DNA from: Candidatus Bipolaricaulota bacterium
GTDB taxonomy: Bacteria > Bipolaricaulota > Bipolaricaulia > Bipolaricaulales > Bipolaricaulaceae
Assembly (NCBI GenBank): GCA_022838705.1
Contig: JALHJZ010000002.1
Coordinates: 213,258-277,257 of the forward strand
Reading direction: 5' to 3'
Length of the DNA: 64,000 bases
Shown here: in pieces, positions 37,997-48,113 of the stretch
Position numbering within the stretch: the stretch's first letter is position 1
How the letters are laid out: the number at the start of each line of letters is the position of its first letter
Made by a program: the position numbers and the translations under genes
The notes under the pieces: model-generated
What the model was told of the DNA's origin: nothing
Databases searched by the model: none
What the model saw: only the letters and a program-made list of their open reading frames with translations

Positions 37997-38511
37997 GGGG
38001 CGGCGCACGCTCCCCGCGTGGGGAGCCGGCGGCCGAGGAGCCGCTCCAGTCGGCGGTTGATCTTCGTCAGCCGCGATTCCTCAGGGCCGAGCGGGTCCAC
38101 GAGGACGGTGACCAACCCCGCCCGCTTCCCACCAAGGATGTCCGTCAGCACCTGATCGCCCACCATCGCCGCCTGCCCCGGGGCGATCCCCAACCGACGC
38201 AGGGCGGTTTGGAACCCGCGACGGAGCGGCTTGCGCGCCCTCGTGACCACGACCACTCCCCTTCCCTCCAGCTCCCGGACGAGGGGATGGCCAGGGGGAA
38301 GGGAGGCATTCGTGAGCACGGCAAGCGCGACCCCCTCCTCGCCCAACCGGCGAAGGAGGGCCCGCGTCCGCTCGTCGAGCTCCCACTCCTGCCACCGGCA
38401 GAGGGTGTTCTCGAGGTCGTAGAGGATCGCCTGGATTCCGTCCCGGAGAAGGCAGTCGTAGTCCACTTCGTGGATCGAGCGTGCCACGTGGTCCGCCTGC
38501 GCCCACCTCAC
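37993..38511 (-). CDS. yqeG: YqeG-family HAD IIIA phosphatase
   Basis: LYDLENTL, LTNA, ARKP, MVGDQVLTDILGGKRAG. Confidence 0.85.
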   Translation of the reverse strand: MRWAQADHVARSIHEVDYDCLLRDGIQAILYDLENTLCRWQEWELDERTRALLRRLGEEGVALAVLTNASLPPGHPLVRELEGRGVVVVTRARKPLRRGFQTALRRLGIAPGQAAMVGDQVLTDILGGKRAGLVTVLVDPLGPEESRLTKINRRLERLLGRRLPTRGACAAP

Positions 38512-38780
38512 CGCTCGATCCGGACCTCCCCCACGCGGACGAACCGCGCCGCAGCGCGGAGGGTGCGCACCGCCTCGTCCTCTGCCCCGGGGGCGACGAA
38601 CAGCTTGAACATCCGTCGGGGACCCTCGTCACGGTACTCCCGGCGCACGTTGCCCACCCCCGGCCCGGCGGCGAACACCGCATCCAGGAAGTGGATCGCG
38701 TCCGGATCGGTCTCCACCCACATCGTGACCGCGTCCGCCGGCCGCGGCAGGGCCTGCAGCGCTGCGAAGGGGTTACCCAT
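38508..38780 (-). CDS. small hypothetical protein (DUF4911-like)
   Basis: IHFLDAVF..GVGNVR pattern; translationally coupled on both sides. Confidence 0.5.
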   Translation of the reverse strand: MGNPFAALQALPRPADAVTMWVETDPDAIHFLDAVFAAGPGVGNVRREYRDEGPRRMFKLFVAPGAEDEAVRTLRAAARFVRVGEVRIER

Positions 38781-39402
38781 CGGCTTTCTCCCGCGCGAGG
38801 AACCGCTGGAGGGAGAGCTCGGGATCGCAGCCCAACCGTCGCGCCAAGGCAGAAACCTCGACGAGGATCTCCGCCACCAGCCTCTCCGGGTCGGCCACGT
38901 CCTCCGGGAGGCGCAGCCACGTGCCAACGGGGATCGGCCTCCCCTCCGCCTCGCGGACCTCCACGAACTTCGCCGCCCTCACCAGGGCCGGCCCCCGTCG
39001 CTCGCGCCGGAAGCGCCCCTCCTCCCCCTTGATCTCCTCCCACTGCACCCGGACCGCGTCCGGCGTCGAAGCCTGCTTCTCCCCGAACACGTGGGGATGG
39101 CGCCGCACGAGCTTGCGCCGCAGGGCATCGGCCACCTCGCCGATCCCGAACCTCCCCGCCTCCGCCTCGAGCTGGGCGTGGAGGAGGACCTGCAGCAGGA
39201 CGTCCCCCAACTCGTCCTGCATCTCCTCCGCCGTCCCCTCGGCCACAGCCTCCGCCGCCTCGTACGCCTCCTCGATGAGGTACGGGACGAGCGTGCGGTG
39301 GGTCTGCGCGCGGTCCCACGGGCAACCCTCCGGCCCGCGGAGGCGGGCGATCACCTCGAGCAGCTCCCCCAGCGCCCGGAGGGGATCGCGGGACCCGCTC
39401 AT
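38773..39402 (-). CDS. mazG: MazG-family nucleoside triphosphate pyrophosphohydrolase
   Basis: LRGPEGCPWDRAQT, EEAYE, ELGDVLLQV, KLVRRHPHVF. Confidence 0.92.
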   Translation of the reverse strand: MSGSRDPLRALGELLEVIARLRGPEGCPWDRAQTHRTLVPYLIEEAYEAAEAVAEGTAEEMQDELGDVLLQVLLHAQLEAEAGRFGIGEVADALRRKLVRRHPHVFGEKQASTPDAVRVQWEEIKGEEGRFRRERRGPALVRAAKFVEVREAEGRPIPVGTWLRLPEDVADPERLVAEILVEVSALARRLGCDPELSLQRFLAREKADG

Positions 39403-41876
39403 TGCGGCTGGGGGAGGGTGAGCCTCGCGAGGAGGGCGTCCACCTCAGCCGACCGGAAGGACGGATCGGCCGTCTGGATGCGCTTTAGATCCGCCACCCC
39501 TTCCTCATAGCGCCCGAGCTCAGCGTAGAGTTGGGCCCGCTGCCACAGGAACTCCAGCCCCGCCGGTCCCAACGTGCCCCCCGCTCCTGCTCGCCTCTCC
39601 TCAACCGCCACCATCTGGGTGTAGATGGAGAGCTTCTGCTGGGGCGTCGTCGCCACGTCGAGCGCCTGGCGGTAGTAATCGAGCGCCCGATCGTACTGGA
39701 CCTTGGCGAGGTAGCAGTCCCCCAGCCCGATCAGGGCATCGAGGTTCCCGGGGGAGTGGTTGAGGATCGCCTCGTACTGGGGGATCGCCCCATCGTACTT
39801 GTACTGGTCGCGGAAGTACCCGGCGAGGAGGAAGCGGGTGCGGAGGTCAGTTGGGTCGAGGTCCACGATCTTGCGGGCGATCGTCTCCTTGAGCGAGACC
39901 GCGGCCGCGCGTTGGAGGGCCTGGCGGTAGAAGTCGAGGGCCTTGCCCTGATCCCCCAGCTCGAGGTACACATCGCCCAGGCCGAGGTACCCCTCCGGAC
40001 GGTACGGGAACAGGCGGATCGCGTCCTCGTACCTCTTCTTCGCCTCCGTGGTCTGCCCCGCGGCGAGGTACGCCCCCGCCAGCTTGAGGAGGGCATCCGC
40101 GGTCAGGCCCCGCTTGTACGCCGCATCGTAGCGGGCGATCGCCCCCGCCGGGTCCCCTTGGGCGAGGAGGAGATCCCCGGACAGGGTGAGGGCGGTGGCG
40201 TTGTTCGGCTCGCGGGAAAGCACATCCTGAAGCAAGGGCTCGGCGAGGGAGAGTTGGTTATCCCTCACGTACGCCGTGGCGAGCTTCAGGCTGAGCGTGA
40301 CATTGCCCGGCTGGAGGTCGAGCGCGTGGCGGTAGGCCTCGCTCGCGGGGCGGTAAAGGCTGAGCGCCATCAGCACGTCCCCCTGGCCGACGTAGGCTTC
40401 CACGAACGTCGGCCGCAGCTCGATCGCCTGCCGGTACTCCGCCTCGGCTTCGATCCACTTCCCGGCCTGGCGGTACATCTCGGCGAGGGCGTACCGCGCC
40501 TCAGCGCTCTCCGGGGCAAGGGCGAGCAGACGCTGGAAGAACGCCTCATCGCCTACCCCCGTCTGGATGAACGCGAGGTAGGCAGCGATGGCCTGCTCCT
40601 TGTGGTGCGCTTCCTCTGTCCGCAGGCGGCCAAGCTCCTCCTCCTCCGCCGCGGTACGCCCCTCCTTCCCCTCCAGTTCGATCCTCTTCGCCGCTGCTGC
40701 CGTGAGGAGTTCCTCGTGGAGGCGCCCGATGTAGTAGGTGAGGTAGGGATCGTCGGACGTGCCCGCACTGCGGGCGGCTTCGAGCTCAGCCAGGGCCTTG
40801 GCCTTATCGGATCCATACGCCACCGCGGCGGAGAGGACCGGATCGAGGGCCTTCACCTCAATCCGTTCCCGGCGCGCGGTGTACCAGCTGTCCCAGCGCT
40901 TCGTCCCCTCGTCGCGGATGTAATCCGATTTCACTGTGTCGCGGATCGTGGCAAACGCGGGGACAACCGCCTCCTGCCGCGCCAGGAGCTTCACGATGTG
41001 GAACCCCTCGTCGTCGTCCACGAGCTTGACCTGTCCCACCTCCGCCGACCAGATCGCGTCAGTGACCTTGTCCGAGAACGGGGACGAGTAGTAGGAGAAC
41101 CAGTCCGTCTCGCCGGTCTCCTTCGTCGCCTCGTCGAGGGAGTGAGCCTGGGCCAGCGCCGCGAAGTCCGCATCGGGAGCGGCGGCCTGCCCAAGGAGCT
41201 CATCGGCGAGCTTCGCCTCGCGGACGAGGATGTGGCCGACCCGGATCCTCTCCGGTTCAGTCTGGTACCGATCCTGGTTCGCGTCATAGTAGGCGAGGAG
41301 ATCGGCCTCCGTCGGCTCGATGGGGCCCACCACGAGCTGGCGCACCCGCTCCTCGCGCAGCTGGGCCTCCTGGCTCGCCGCGAGGTCCTTCTTGTACGCC
41401 TCCAGCGTCGAACCCTGGTACTCGAGGAGCTCCTTGAGCTGTTCCTCGGTGAGCCCGTACTGCGTGAGCACGGTCTGGTACTGCGCGCGCACTGCCTGGT
41501 CCAGCTCGGCCTTGGCGATCGTCACCTTGAGCTCCCGCGCTGCCTGGTCGAGGATGACCGACCGCACGATCTCCTCCACGGCCTGGGCCATGTACGGCAG
41601 CATCCGGAACGCCCCTTCCGTCCCCTGGAGCATGGATTCAAAATCCAGGCCGTACATCGCATACAGCTGCGTGTAGTAGTCGATGAGGTTCCCGTAGACC
41701 CGGGTGAACTCCTCGCGGGACACCTGCTTCCCGTCCACGAGGAGGATCGTCTCCTCGGCGCTCCCGGCCGGCGGCGAGCTCAGCCAGCGCAGTCCCCCGG
41801 CGACGACGATCGATGCCAGGAAACCGATCACAAGCAGCCAGATGATGATCTTTTGATGTCGCTTGAAGAAGTTCAT
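39399..41876 (-). CDS. membrane-anchored SurA/PpiD-like foldase fused to a long TPR array
   Basis: N-terminal transmembrane segment, VDGKQV SurA_N, RVGHILV..FAALAQAHS..GFHIVK rotamase domain, many TPR repeats. Confidence 0.75.
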   Translation of the reverse strand: MNFFKRHQKIIIWLLVIGFLASIVVAGGLRWLSSPPAGSAEETILLVDGKQVSREEFTRVYGNLIDYYTQLYAMYGLDFESMLQGTEGAFRMLPYMAQAVEEIVRSVILDQAARELKVTIAKAELDQAVRAQYQTVLTQYGLTEEQLKELLEYQGSTLEAYKKDLAASQEAQLREERVRQLVVGPIEPTEADLLAYYDANQDRYQTEPERIRVGHILVREAKLADELLGQAAAPDADFAALAQAHSLDEATKETGETDWFSYYSSPFSDKVTDAIWSAEVGQVKLVDDDEGFHIVKLLARQEAVVPAFATIRDTVKSDYIRDEGTKRWDSWYTARRERIEVKALDPVLSAAVAYGSDKAKALAELEAARSAGTSDDPYLTYYIGRLHEELLTAAAAKRIELEGKEGRTAAEEEELGRLRTEEAHHKEQAIAAYLAFIQTGVGDEAFFQRLLALAPESAEARYALAEMYRQAGKWIEAEAEYRQAIELRPTFVEAYVGQGDVLMALSLYRPASEAYRHALDLQPGNVTLSLKLATAYVRDNQLSLAEPLLQDVLSREPNNATALTLSGDLLLAQGDPAGAIARYDAAYKRGLTADALLKLAGAYLAAGQTTEAKKRYEDAIRLFPYRPEGYLGLGDVYLELGDQGKALDFYRQALQRAAAVSLKETIARKIVDLDPTDLRTRFLLAGYFRDQYKYDGAIPQYEAILNHSPGNLDALIGLGDCYLAKVQYDRALDYYRQALDVATTPQQKLSIYTQMVAVEERRAGAGGTLGPAGLEFLWQRAQLYAELGRYEEGVADLKRIQTADPSFRSAEVDALLARLTLPQPQ

Positions 41877-41947
41877 GGATCCTTAGCCCCCTGCCCGTCT
41901 TCGATCACGCGCCGTTCTCCCCGTCAGCCCGATCCCGCGCGCAGGGA

Positions 41948-42295
41948 TCAAATGTCGTTCCACTCCCCCGTCTGGCGGGGCTCCGCGGGAGAAGGAGGGG
42001 CCTCCTTGCGGCGGGGGCGGAGGACCGGCACCGGGGTTCGCGACCGGACGGTGAACCGGATCCCGGTCCTCGTCTCGTCGCTCATGTCCACCTCCACGAA
42101 CGAGGGGACGAAGTACAGGTCCACCCCGCTGGAGGCAACGTACCCCCGGGCGATGGCGATGCACTTCACCGCCTGGTTCACCGCCTTGGGGCCGATGGCC
42201 TGCAGTTCAGCGATCCCCTCTTCGCGGAACGTGTTCGCCACCGCCCCGGCGGCGAGGCTGGCTTCTGAGGTCGCTGCGATCTTGAGAACGTTCAC
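41948..42295 (-). CDS. spoVS: SpoVS-family protein with a C-terminal extension
   Basis: VLKIAA..AGAVA, QAIGPKAVNQAVKCIAIARGY. Confidence 0.88.
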   Translation of the reverse strand: MNVLKIAATSEASLAAGAVANTFREEGIAELQAIGPKAVNQAVKCIAIARGYVASSGVDLYFVPSFVEVDMSDETRTGIRFTVRSRTPVPVLRPRRKEAPPSPAEPRQTGEWNDI

Positions 42296-42304
42296 CGTTC
42301 CTCC

Positions 42305-43924
42305 TTAGCGGGCCGTGTCCACGAATTGAGCCTGACGGATGACGGTCACCTTGATCTCCCCGGGGTACTGCACCTGTTCCTCAATCCGGCGCGCGATATC
42401 ATACGCGAGCTTCGCCGCCATGTCATCCGTCGTCTTCTCCGGCCGGACGATCACCCGCACCTCCCGCCCCGCCTGGATGGCGTAGGCCTCCTTCACCAGG
42501 GGATAGGCGGACGCGATCTTCTCCAGCTCTTCCAGGCGCTGGCAGTACCGTTCGTAGGTCTCCTGGCGCGCCCCGGGGCGGGCCGCGGACAGGGTATCCG
42601 CGGCCTGGACGAGGACCGCGGTCACGGTCGCCGGCTCCGCCTGGCCGTGGTGGGCGGCGATCGCGTTCACGATCGGCCATGGCTCCCCCGCCCGCCGGGC
42701 CAGATCGGCCCCGATGAGGGCGTGCGGCCCTTCCACGTCGTGGTCCACCGCTTTCCCGATGTCGTGGAGGAGCCCTGCCCTCTTGGCGGGCTTGGGGTCG
42801 ATCCCGATCTCCTCGGCCAGGAGCCGGGCAAGGAAGCTCACCTCGAGCGCGTGCTGGAGCTGGTTCTGGCCATAGCTTGTCCGGAAGTGGAGGCGGCCCA
42901 GGAGCGGGATGAGGTCGCTCGGGAGCTCGATCCCCACCTCAAAGGCGGCCTTCTCCCCCGCCTCGAGGATCGCCTCCTCCACGCGGTCCTTTGCCTTGCG
43001 CACCGTTTCCTCGATCCGGGCGGGGTGGATCCGCCCGTCCTCGATGAGCTTCTCCAGGGCGATGCGGGCCACTTCCCGCCGCACGGGATGGAACGAGGAC
43101 AGGACGACCGCCTCCGGCGTGTCGTCCACGAGGACCTCGATCCCCGTCAGGGCCTCGAACGCCCGGATGTTGCGCCCGTCTCGCCCAATGATGCGTCCCT
43201 TGTACTCGTCGTTGGGGAGCGGGACGGTGGTGACCGTGGCCTCCTCCGCGTAGTCGAGGGCGTAGCGCTGCACAGCATTGGCGAGGATACGACGGGCCCG
43301 GCGCTCTGCCTCCTGGGTCGTGCGCCGCTCCACCTCGCTGATCTTGCGGGCGAAGTACCGCTCCGACTCCGCCTCCACGAGCTTCAGAAGGTACTCTTTG
43401 GCCTCCTCCTCCGTGAACCCGCTCAGCCGCTCCAGAAGCGCCCGTTCCTCGGCGAGGAGTTGGCGGCCGGTCTCGAGGAGGTGGGCGACCTCCGCCTCGT
43501 CCTGGCGGATCGAGGCCTCGATCGTCTCCAGGTACTGGGCCTTCTTCTCCATCCGGTCCTCGCGCTGGCGGAGGCGTTCCTCGAGCTGGACGAGCTCGGC
43601 CTCCTTCTTGCGCAGGCGCTCTTCCTCCCGCTCCCTGAGCTCCTCGATCTCGTGCTGGGTGAGGAGAAGCCGCTCCTGGTGGACCCGCTCCGCTTCCCCG
43701 CGGGCCTCGCTCAGGATCACCTCGGCCCGGCGGTTCACGTGGCGGTGGCGGAGGCGGGCGAAGAGGAGCCCGAGCGCTACCCCGGCGGCGAGGGCAGCGA
43801 GGGCGATCCCGACGGAGAGCCAGGGGAAGGGTGCGCCCGGCTGGGCAGGCGCATTCGCGGCCTGGGGTTGCGCCCACGCCGGCACGGCCCACACCATAGC
43901 TCCCAGCCAACCGATCCAGGCCAT
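42305..43924 (-). CDS. rny: ribonuclease Y
   Basis: N-terminal transmembrane segment, coiled coil, KGRIIGRDGRNIR (KH), RTSYGQN, GLLHDIGK (HD). Confidence 0.95.
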   Translation of the reverse strand: MAWIGWLGAMVWAVPAWAQPQAANAPAQPGAPFPWLSVGIALAALAAGVALGLLFARLRHRHVNRRAEVILSEARGEAERVHQERLLLTQHEIEELREREEERLRKKEAELVQLEERLRQREDRMEKKAQYLETIEASIRQDEAEVAHLLETGRQLLAEERALLERLSGFTEEEAKEYLLKLVEAESERYFARKISEVERRTTQEAERRARRILANAVQRYALDYAEEATVTTVPLPNDEYKGRIIGRDGRNIRAFEALTGIEVLVDDTPEAVVLSSFHPVRREVARIALEKLIEDGRIHPARIEETVRKAKDRVEEAILEAGEKAAFEVGIELPSDLIPLLGRLHFRTSYGQNQLQHALEVSFLARLLAEEIGIDPKPAKRAGLLHDIGKAVDHDVEGPHALIGADLARRAGEPWPIVNAIAAHHGQAEPATVTAVLVQAADTLSAARPGARQETYERYCQRLEELEKIASAYPLVKEAYAIQAGREVRVIVRPEKTTDDMAAKLAYDIARRIEEQVQYPGEIKVTVIRQAQFVDTAR

Positions 43925-43952
43925 CCGATCTTCTCCTTCAGTAAAGAGCACT

Positions 43953-46760
43953 TTATTCCTTCGGTCCCTCTTTCTCAACCAGCAGGGCGGCGGCAGCGGG
44001 GAGGAACGTCAGGCTCCACAGGAGGGTGAACCCCAGCCCGAGGAGGGCCGAGGTGCCGAGGAGGCGGAGTCCCGGGGTGCGGGCGGTGAGGAGCGCGGCG
44101 AAGGTCGCCATCGTCGTCAACGAGCTGAACGCGATGGGGATGGCGGTCGTCGCCGCAGCGCGGGCCACGGCATCCCCACCCATAGCGCGTTCCTCAGCCA
44201 CCCGATGAAGAAGGACCACCGCGCTGTCGATCCCGATCCCGATGAGGAGGGGAGAGATGGCAATGTTGGTGAAATTGAACTGAACCCCGAGGAGGGTCAT
44301 CCCGGCGAGCATCCACACATAGCCCATCGCCAACGGGGCGAGGGCGAGGGCCGCCTCGGAGGGCCGCGGGAAGTCGTGCCAGACGAGGAGGAAAATGATC
44401 ACCACCGCGAGGACGGTGGAGAGGAGGAAATCCCGCTTCATGTACTCCTCGAGCCGGGCGGAGACCTCCGGGAGCCCGAGGCGGTCCACACCGAGCCCAT
44501 CCGCCCAGTCGAGGAAGGCTTGGAGGTTGCGGCCCTGGTAGAGGGTGGGCGCCATCCTCGCCTCAACGATGTAGCGTCCGTTTTGGGTCCCATACTGCGA
44601 TCGCACTTCCGCCGGGAGGAGGGCGAGGATCTGGTCGAGGAGCTGCGGCTCCGGGGGGAGGGCCGTCACCTTCGCCACCAGCTCTTCGAGGGCCCCCAGA
44701 TCCCCCGCGATCTCCTCGAGTCGTGCCCGCACGGCCGGGGCATCCACGCCCTCCAGCTCCCATAGGAGCGCGATGAGCTCATCGCTCCCCGCCGAAAGCG
44801 CCTCCGCCAACGCCGGGCGCCCCTGGAGGAGGGCGAGGAACTCCAGCTGGGCGAGGTCAACGATCAGGTTCTGCAGTGCGCCGAGGGTGGCATCCCAGCG
44901 GCCGAGCGTCTCCCCGAGATCCTCCACCCCACTTTGCACCTCGCCCACGGGGAGGTTGAGGATCGAGACCTCGCCCCCGAGGAGCTCCTGGGGGAGGAGG
45001 TTCCGCACCGATACCGTGGACTGGACCAGGGGGTGGCTGGCGAGCACCTCCTCCAGCGGGCCGATCTCCTCGGGCCGGTCAACGAAGAACTGGAACGAAT
45101 CTCCGAGCCAGACCTCGCTTGCAAACTCACGGTTGAGGGTAGAAAGCACCGTCACCGCCGGGGTGACCGGCGCCAGATCGCTCGACGCGAACTTAAACTG
45201 AACCTGCGTTGCTTGGTACACGATTGATCCCGTGAGGATCAGGCCTACCGCGACCACGCCCGGCCGGAGGCGGAGGAAGCGGCGGTAGGCGGAGTGGAGG
45301 AACGTCGTGGACCCAAGGGACCGCTTCCGGGTGGGGCGGCGGTCGCGCGCGGTCAGCGTCACCAGAGCCGGGGTGAGGAGGAGGGCCCCGGCGAGCGGGA
45401 ACAGGATCCCCACCGCCATGATCGCCCCCATCTCCCACAGAGCGCGAGAATGGGAGAGGAGGAGACAGCCGAATACCCCCGCGATGGTCGCCGCGGCCGT
45501 GAAACACGCCCCCCCCTTCGTGCGCACGGCGATCGCCAGCGCCCCCTTCACGTCCTTCCCATGAGCCCGCTCCTCGACGTACCGGGAGAGGACGTGGATG
45601 CAGAAGTCATCCCCCAGCCCGATGACCAACGCCGGCAGGAACACGGTGAGGAGGTTGAACCCCCCCACCGCGAGTTTGGCCCACGCCATGGTGAACAGAG
45701 CGGAGAGCGTGATGGGGATGATGGCGGCCAGGCACAGGGACGGCTTGAGGAGGATGGCAAACAGCAAGCCGAACACCGCCGCCATGGAGATGATCGTCAC
45801 GAGGTTCATGTCCTGGCGGATCGTGTCCTCCGCCTCCACCGTCATCGCGTAGGCCCCGGTGATCCCCGCCTCGACCCCGAGGTCCCCTAGTTGGGCGCGC
45901 GCGACCGCCTCCTGCACGGCGGCTGAGACAGCTCGGTTGTACTCAAGCGATTCCGTCGGCCGACGGGACGGCCAGATCTGGAGGACCAGCCGGGTACGGT
46001 CCCGCGACAGGATCGGCTCACCTGTCTCCTGGGGGGCGGGGCGGTCCCCGACGGCCCGCGCGATCGTCGCTGCCTCCGCGACCAGCTCCTGCCCAGCGAG
46101 GATCCCCTCCAGGAGATCCCGGGCGGCATGCCCGGTGGCCGCGAGCTCGCTGAGCGCGGCCCGCACCGCCGCGGGGTCCGTCGCCTGCGCCGAGGTGACC
46201 GTGGCGAGGATCTCCGTGAACGATCGGGCCGGGGGAAGGGCCGGCAACTGGGCTTGGACCTCACGGGCGATCTCCCGCAGCCGGTCAAGCTCAGCCGGAG
46301 AAAGGGTCCGGAAGATGAGGAGCTCGGGGGGGACAACGATCCCTTCCCCGACGCGGTACGAGGCGGAGACGAGATCCGAGGACGGCCCCAGATCGAGCTC
46401 CCCGATCACCCGCTCCGCGGCCGCGATGAGGGCCCGCTCGCGCTCCGCCATGTCCGGCGGCGGGGAGACGAGGGTGAGGAGGACCGCTATCACGTCCGTG
46501 CTCGCGATCTCCTCTTCCATGGACTGGAACTTGATGACGAGGGGATCCTGCTGAGGGAGGAGGTCGAGGTAGTCCGTGCGGATGCGAAAATCACGGATGT
46601 AGACGTAGGACAGGGCCGCGAGGGCCACGAACAGGGCGATGATGAGCCACGGCCAGCGGGTCGAGGCCGTGGCGAGGGCGGCGAACAGCCGGTCCCGCAG
46701 CCGGGGAGGCTTAGCGGGTTTGGGCGCGTTCCCCGGACGGCGTGCGGATGGTGATGGCAT
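43953..46760 (-). CDS. MMPL/RND-family transporter (start uncertain)
   Basis: Two transmembrane bundles with GITG, GLGDDFCIH and GIGIDSAV motifs; large extracytoplasmic loops. Confidence 0.8.
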   Translation of the reverse strand: MPSPSARRPGNAPKPAKPPRLRDRLFAALATASTRWPWLIIALFVALAALSYVYIRDFRIRTDYLDLLPQQDPLVIKFQSMEEEIASTDVIAVLLTLVSPPPDMAERERALIAAAERVIGELDLGPSSDLVSASYRVGEGIVVPPELLIFRTLSPAELDRLREIAREVQAQLPALPPARSFTEILATVTSAQATDPAAVRAALSELAATGHAARDLLEGILAGQELVAEAATIARAVGDRPAPQETGEPILSRDRTRLVLQIWPSRRPTESLEYNRAVSAAVQEAVARAQLGDLGVEAGITGAYAMTVEAEDTIRQDMNLVTIISMAAVFGLLFAILLKPSLCLAAIIPITLSALFTMAWAKLAVGGFNLLTVFLPALVIGLGDDFCIHVLSRYVEERAHGKDVKGALAIAVRTKGGACFTAAATIAGVFGCLLLSHSRALWEMGAIMAVGILFPLAGALLLTPALVTLTARDRRPTRKRSLGSTTFLHSAYRRFLRLRPGVVAVGLILTGSIVYQATQVQFKFASSDLAPVTPAVTVLSTLNREFASEVWLGDSFQFFVDRPEEIGPLEEVLASHPLVQSTVSVRNLLPQELLGGEVSILNLPVGEVQSGVEDLGETLGRWDATLGALQNLIVDLAQLEFLALLQGRPALAEALSAGSDELIALLWELEGVDAPAVRARLEEIAGDLGALEELVAKVTALPPEPQLLDQILALLPAEVRSQYGTQNGRYIVEARMAPTLYQGRNLQAFLDWADGLGVDRLGLPEVSARLEEYMKRDFLLSTVLAVVIIFLLVWHDFPRPSEAALALAPLAMGYVWMLAGMTLLGVQFNFTNIAISPLLIGIGIDSAVVLLHRVAEERAMGGDAVARAAATTAIPIAFSSLTTMATFAALLTARTPGLRLLGTSALLGLGFTLLWSLTFLPAAAALLVEKEGPKE

Positions 46761-47658
46761 ACCCGGTGAGCTTGGCAGCGAGCTCCACATTGTGTCCATC
46801 GCGACCGATGGCGAGTGAGATGTCGCTCCCCGGCACGGTGACGACGGCCTTCTTGGCGGGTTCGTCGAGCTCGATCTCCAGCGTGCTGGCTGGGGCAAGG
46901 GCCCCCCGGATCACCTGCCGCACATCCTCGTTCCAGCGCACGATGTCCACCTTCTCCCCGGAGAGCTCCCGGCTCACGGCCCGGATCCGGCTCCCGCCGG
47001 GACCGATGCAGCTCCCCACCGGGTCAATGCGGGGATCCACTCCCCGCACGAGGACCTTCGATTTCGTGCCCGGCACCCGGGCCACCTTCACCACCTCGAG
47101 CATCCCCTGTTCCAGCTCCGGCACCTCGAGGGCGAGGAGCTTGGCCACGAAATCGGGGTGGGCCCGGGACACGTAGATCCGCGGATCGCCCTGGAGCTTC
47201 TCCACGCGGTAGAGGTAGGTGCGCAGCCGGCGGCCAGGGACGTACCGCTCGGTGGGCATCCGCTCCTCGCTCGGGAGCAACGCCTCCACCTCGCCCAAGT
47301 TGATCCACACATCGCGGCCTTCGAATCGATGGACGAACCCGTTCAGGATCTCCCCGATCCGGGAAGCGTACATCTCGTAGAGGCCCTCCCGCCGGTGGCG
47401 GAGGATCTCCCGGCGGAAGAAGTCCTCGGCGCGGCGGGACTCGATGCGCCCCAGTTCCCGGACGAGGTCAAAGATCTCCCCATTGACGCGGACGTCCCCC
47501 GACCGCCGATCGATCTCCACCGGTGGCGGCTCTTCCCCCCCGAACTTCGCCTGGTAGGCAGCGGCGATGGCCTTCTCCATCGCGACGAACGCGACCTCGC
47601 GGTCCAGGCCGCGCGCGCGGGCCATCTCCTCAATCGCCTCCAGGAACTCGACGTTCAT
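46711..47658 (-). CDS. nusA: transcription termination/antitermination factor NusA (short)
   Basis: S1 domain; SRAHPDFVAKL..EVPE; VARVPG; GSCIGPGGSRI; AIGRDGHNVELAAKLTG. Confidence 0.95.
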   Translation of the reverse strand: MNVEFLEAIEEMARARGLDREVAFVAMEKAIAAAYQAKFGGEEPPPVEIDRRSGDVRVNGEIFDLVRELGRIESRRAEDFFRREILRHRREGLYEMYASRIGEILNGFVHRFEGRDVWINLGEVEALLPSEERMPTERYVPGRRLRTYLYRVEKLQGDPRIYVSRAHPDFVAKLLALEVPELEQGMLEVVKVARVPGTKSKVLVRGVDPRIDPVGSCIGPGGSRIRAVSRELSGEKVDIVRWNEDVRQVIRGALAPASTLEIELDEPAKKAVVTVPGSDISLAIGRDGHNVELAAKLTGYAITIRTPSGERAQTR

Positions 47659-48113
47659 CGCCGCCCCTGTTCCCCTTCGTACACGAGGCGGGCGCTCGTG
47701 ATCCGCGCGAACGGGATCGCGACCTCCACGCCCTCGCTCTCGACGGTGACCGCCTCCGCTGTCGCTCGAACGAGCCGCCCGCGCTGGGTCCCCTCCGATC
47801 CTAGTTTGATCTGAACGAGCTTCCCTACCGCCTGGGCGTAGTGGCGCGGCTCCCACAGCCCGCGCTCCAGGCCCGGGGACGACACCTCGAGGAGGTAGGA
47901 CGAGGGCAAGGGATCGGCCTCATCCAACAGGGCGCCGATCGCCCGGTTGGCGCGGGCGCAGTCGTCCACCGTCACGCCCCCTGGACGATCCACCTGCACG
48001 GTGAGGTAGACCCGCGCCCCCGCCCGGCGGAGCTCCCAGTGGTACACCTCCACGTCAGCCGCGGCCGCGCCTTGGTGCACGAGTGCATCGAGCTTTTCCT
48101 GAACCCCCTCCAT
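47655..48113 (-). CDS. rimP: ribosome maturation factor RimP
   Basis: GVTVDDCA, YLLEVSSPGLER, ARLV. Confidence 0.92.
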   Translation of the reverse strand: MEGVQEKLDALVHQGAAAADVEVYHWELRRAGARVYLTVQVDRPGGVTVDDCARANRAIGALLDEADPLPSSYLLEVSSPGLERGLWEPRHYAQAVGKLVQIKLGSEGTQRGRLVRATAEAVTVESEGVEVAIPFARITSARLVYEGEQGRR

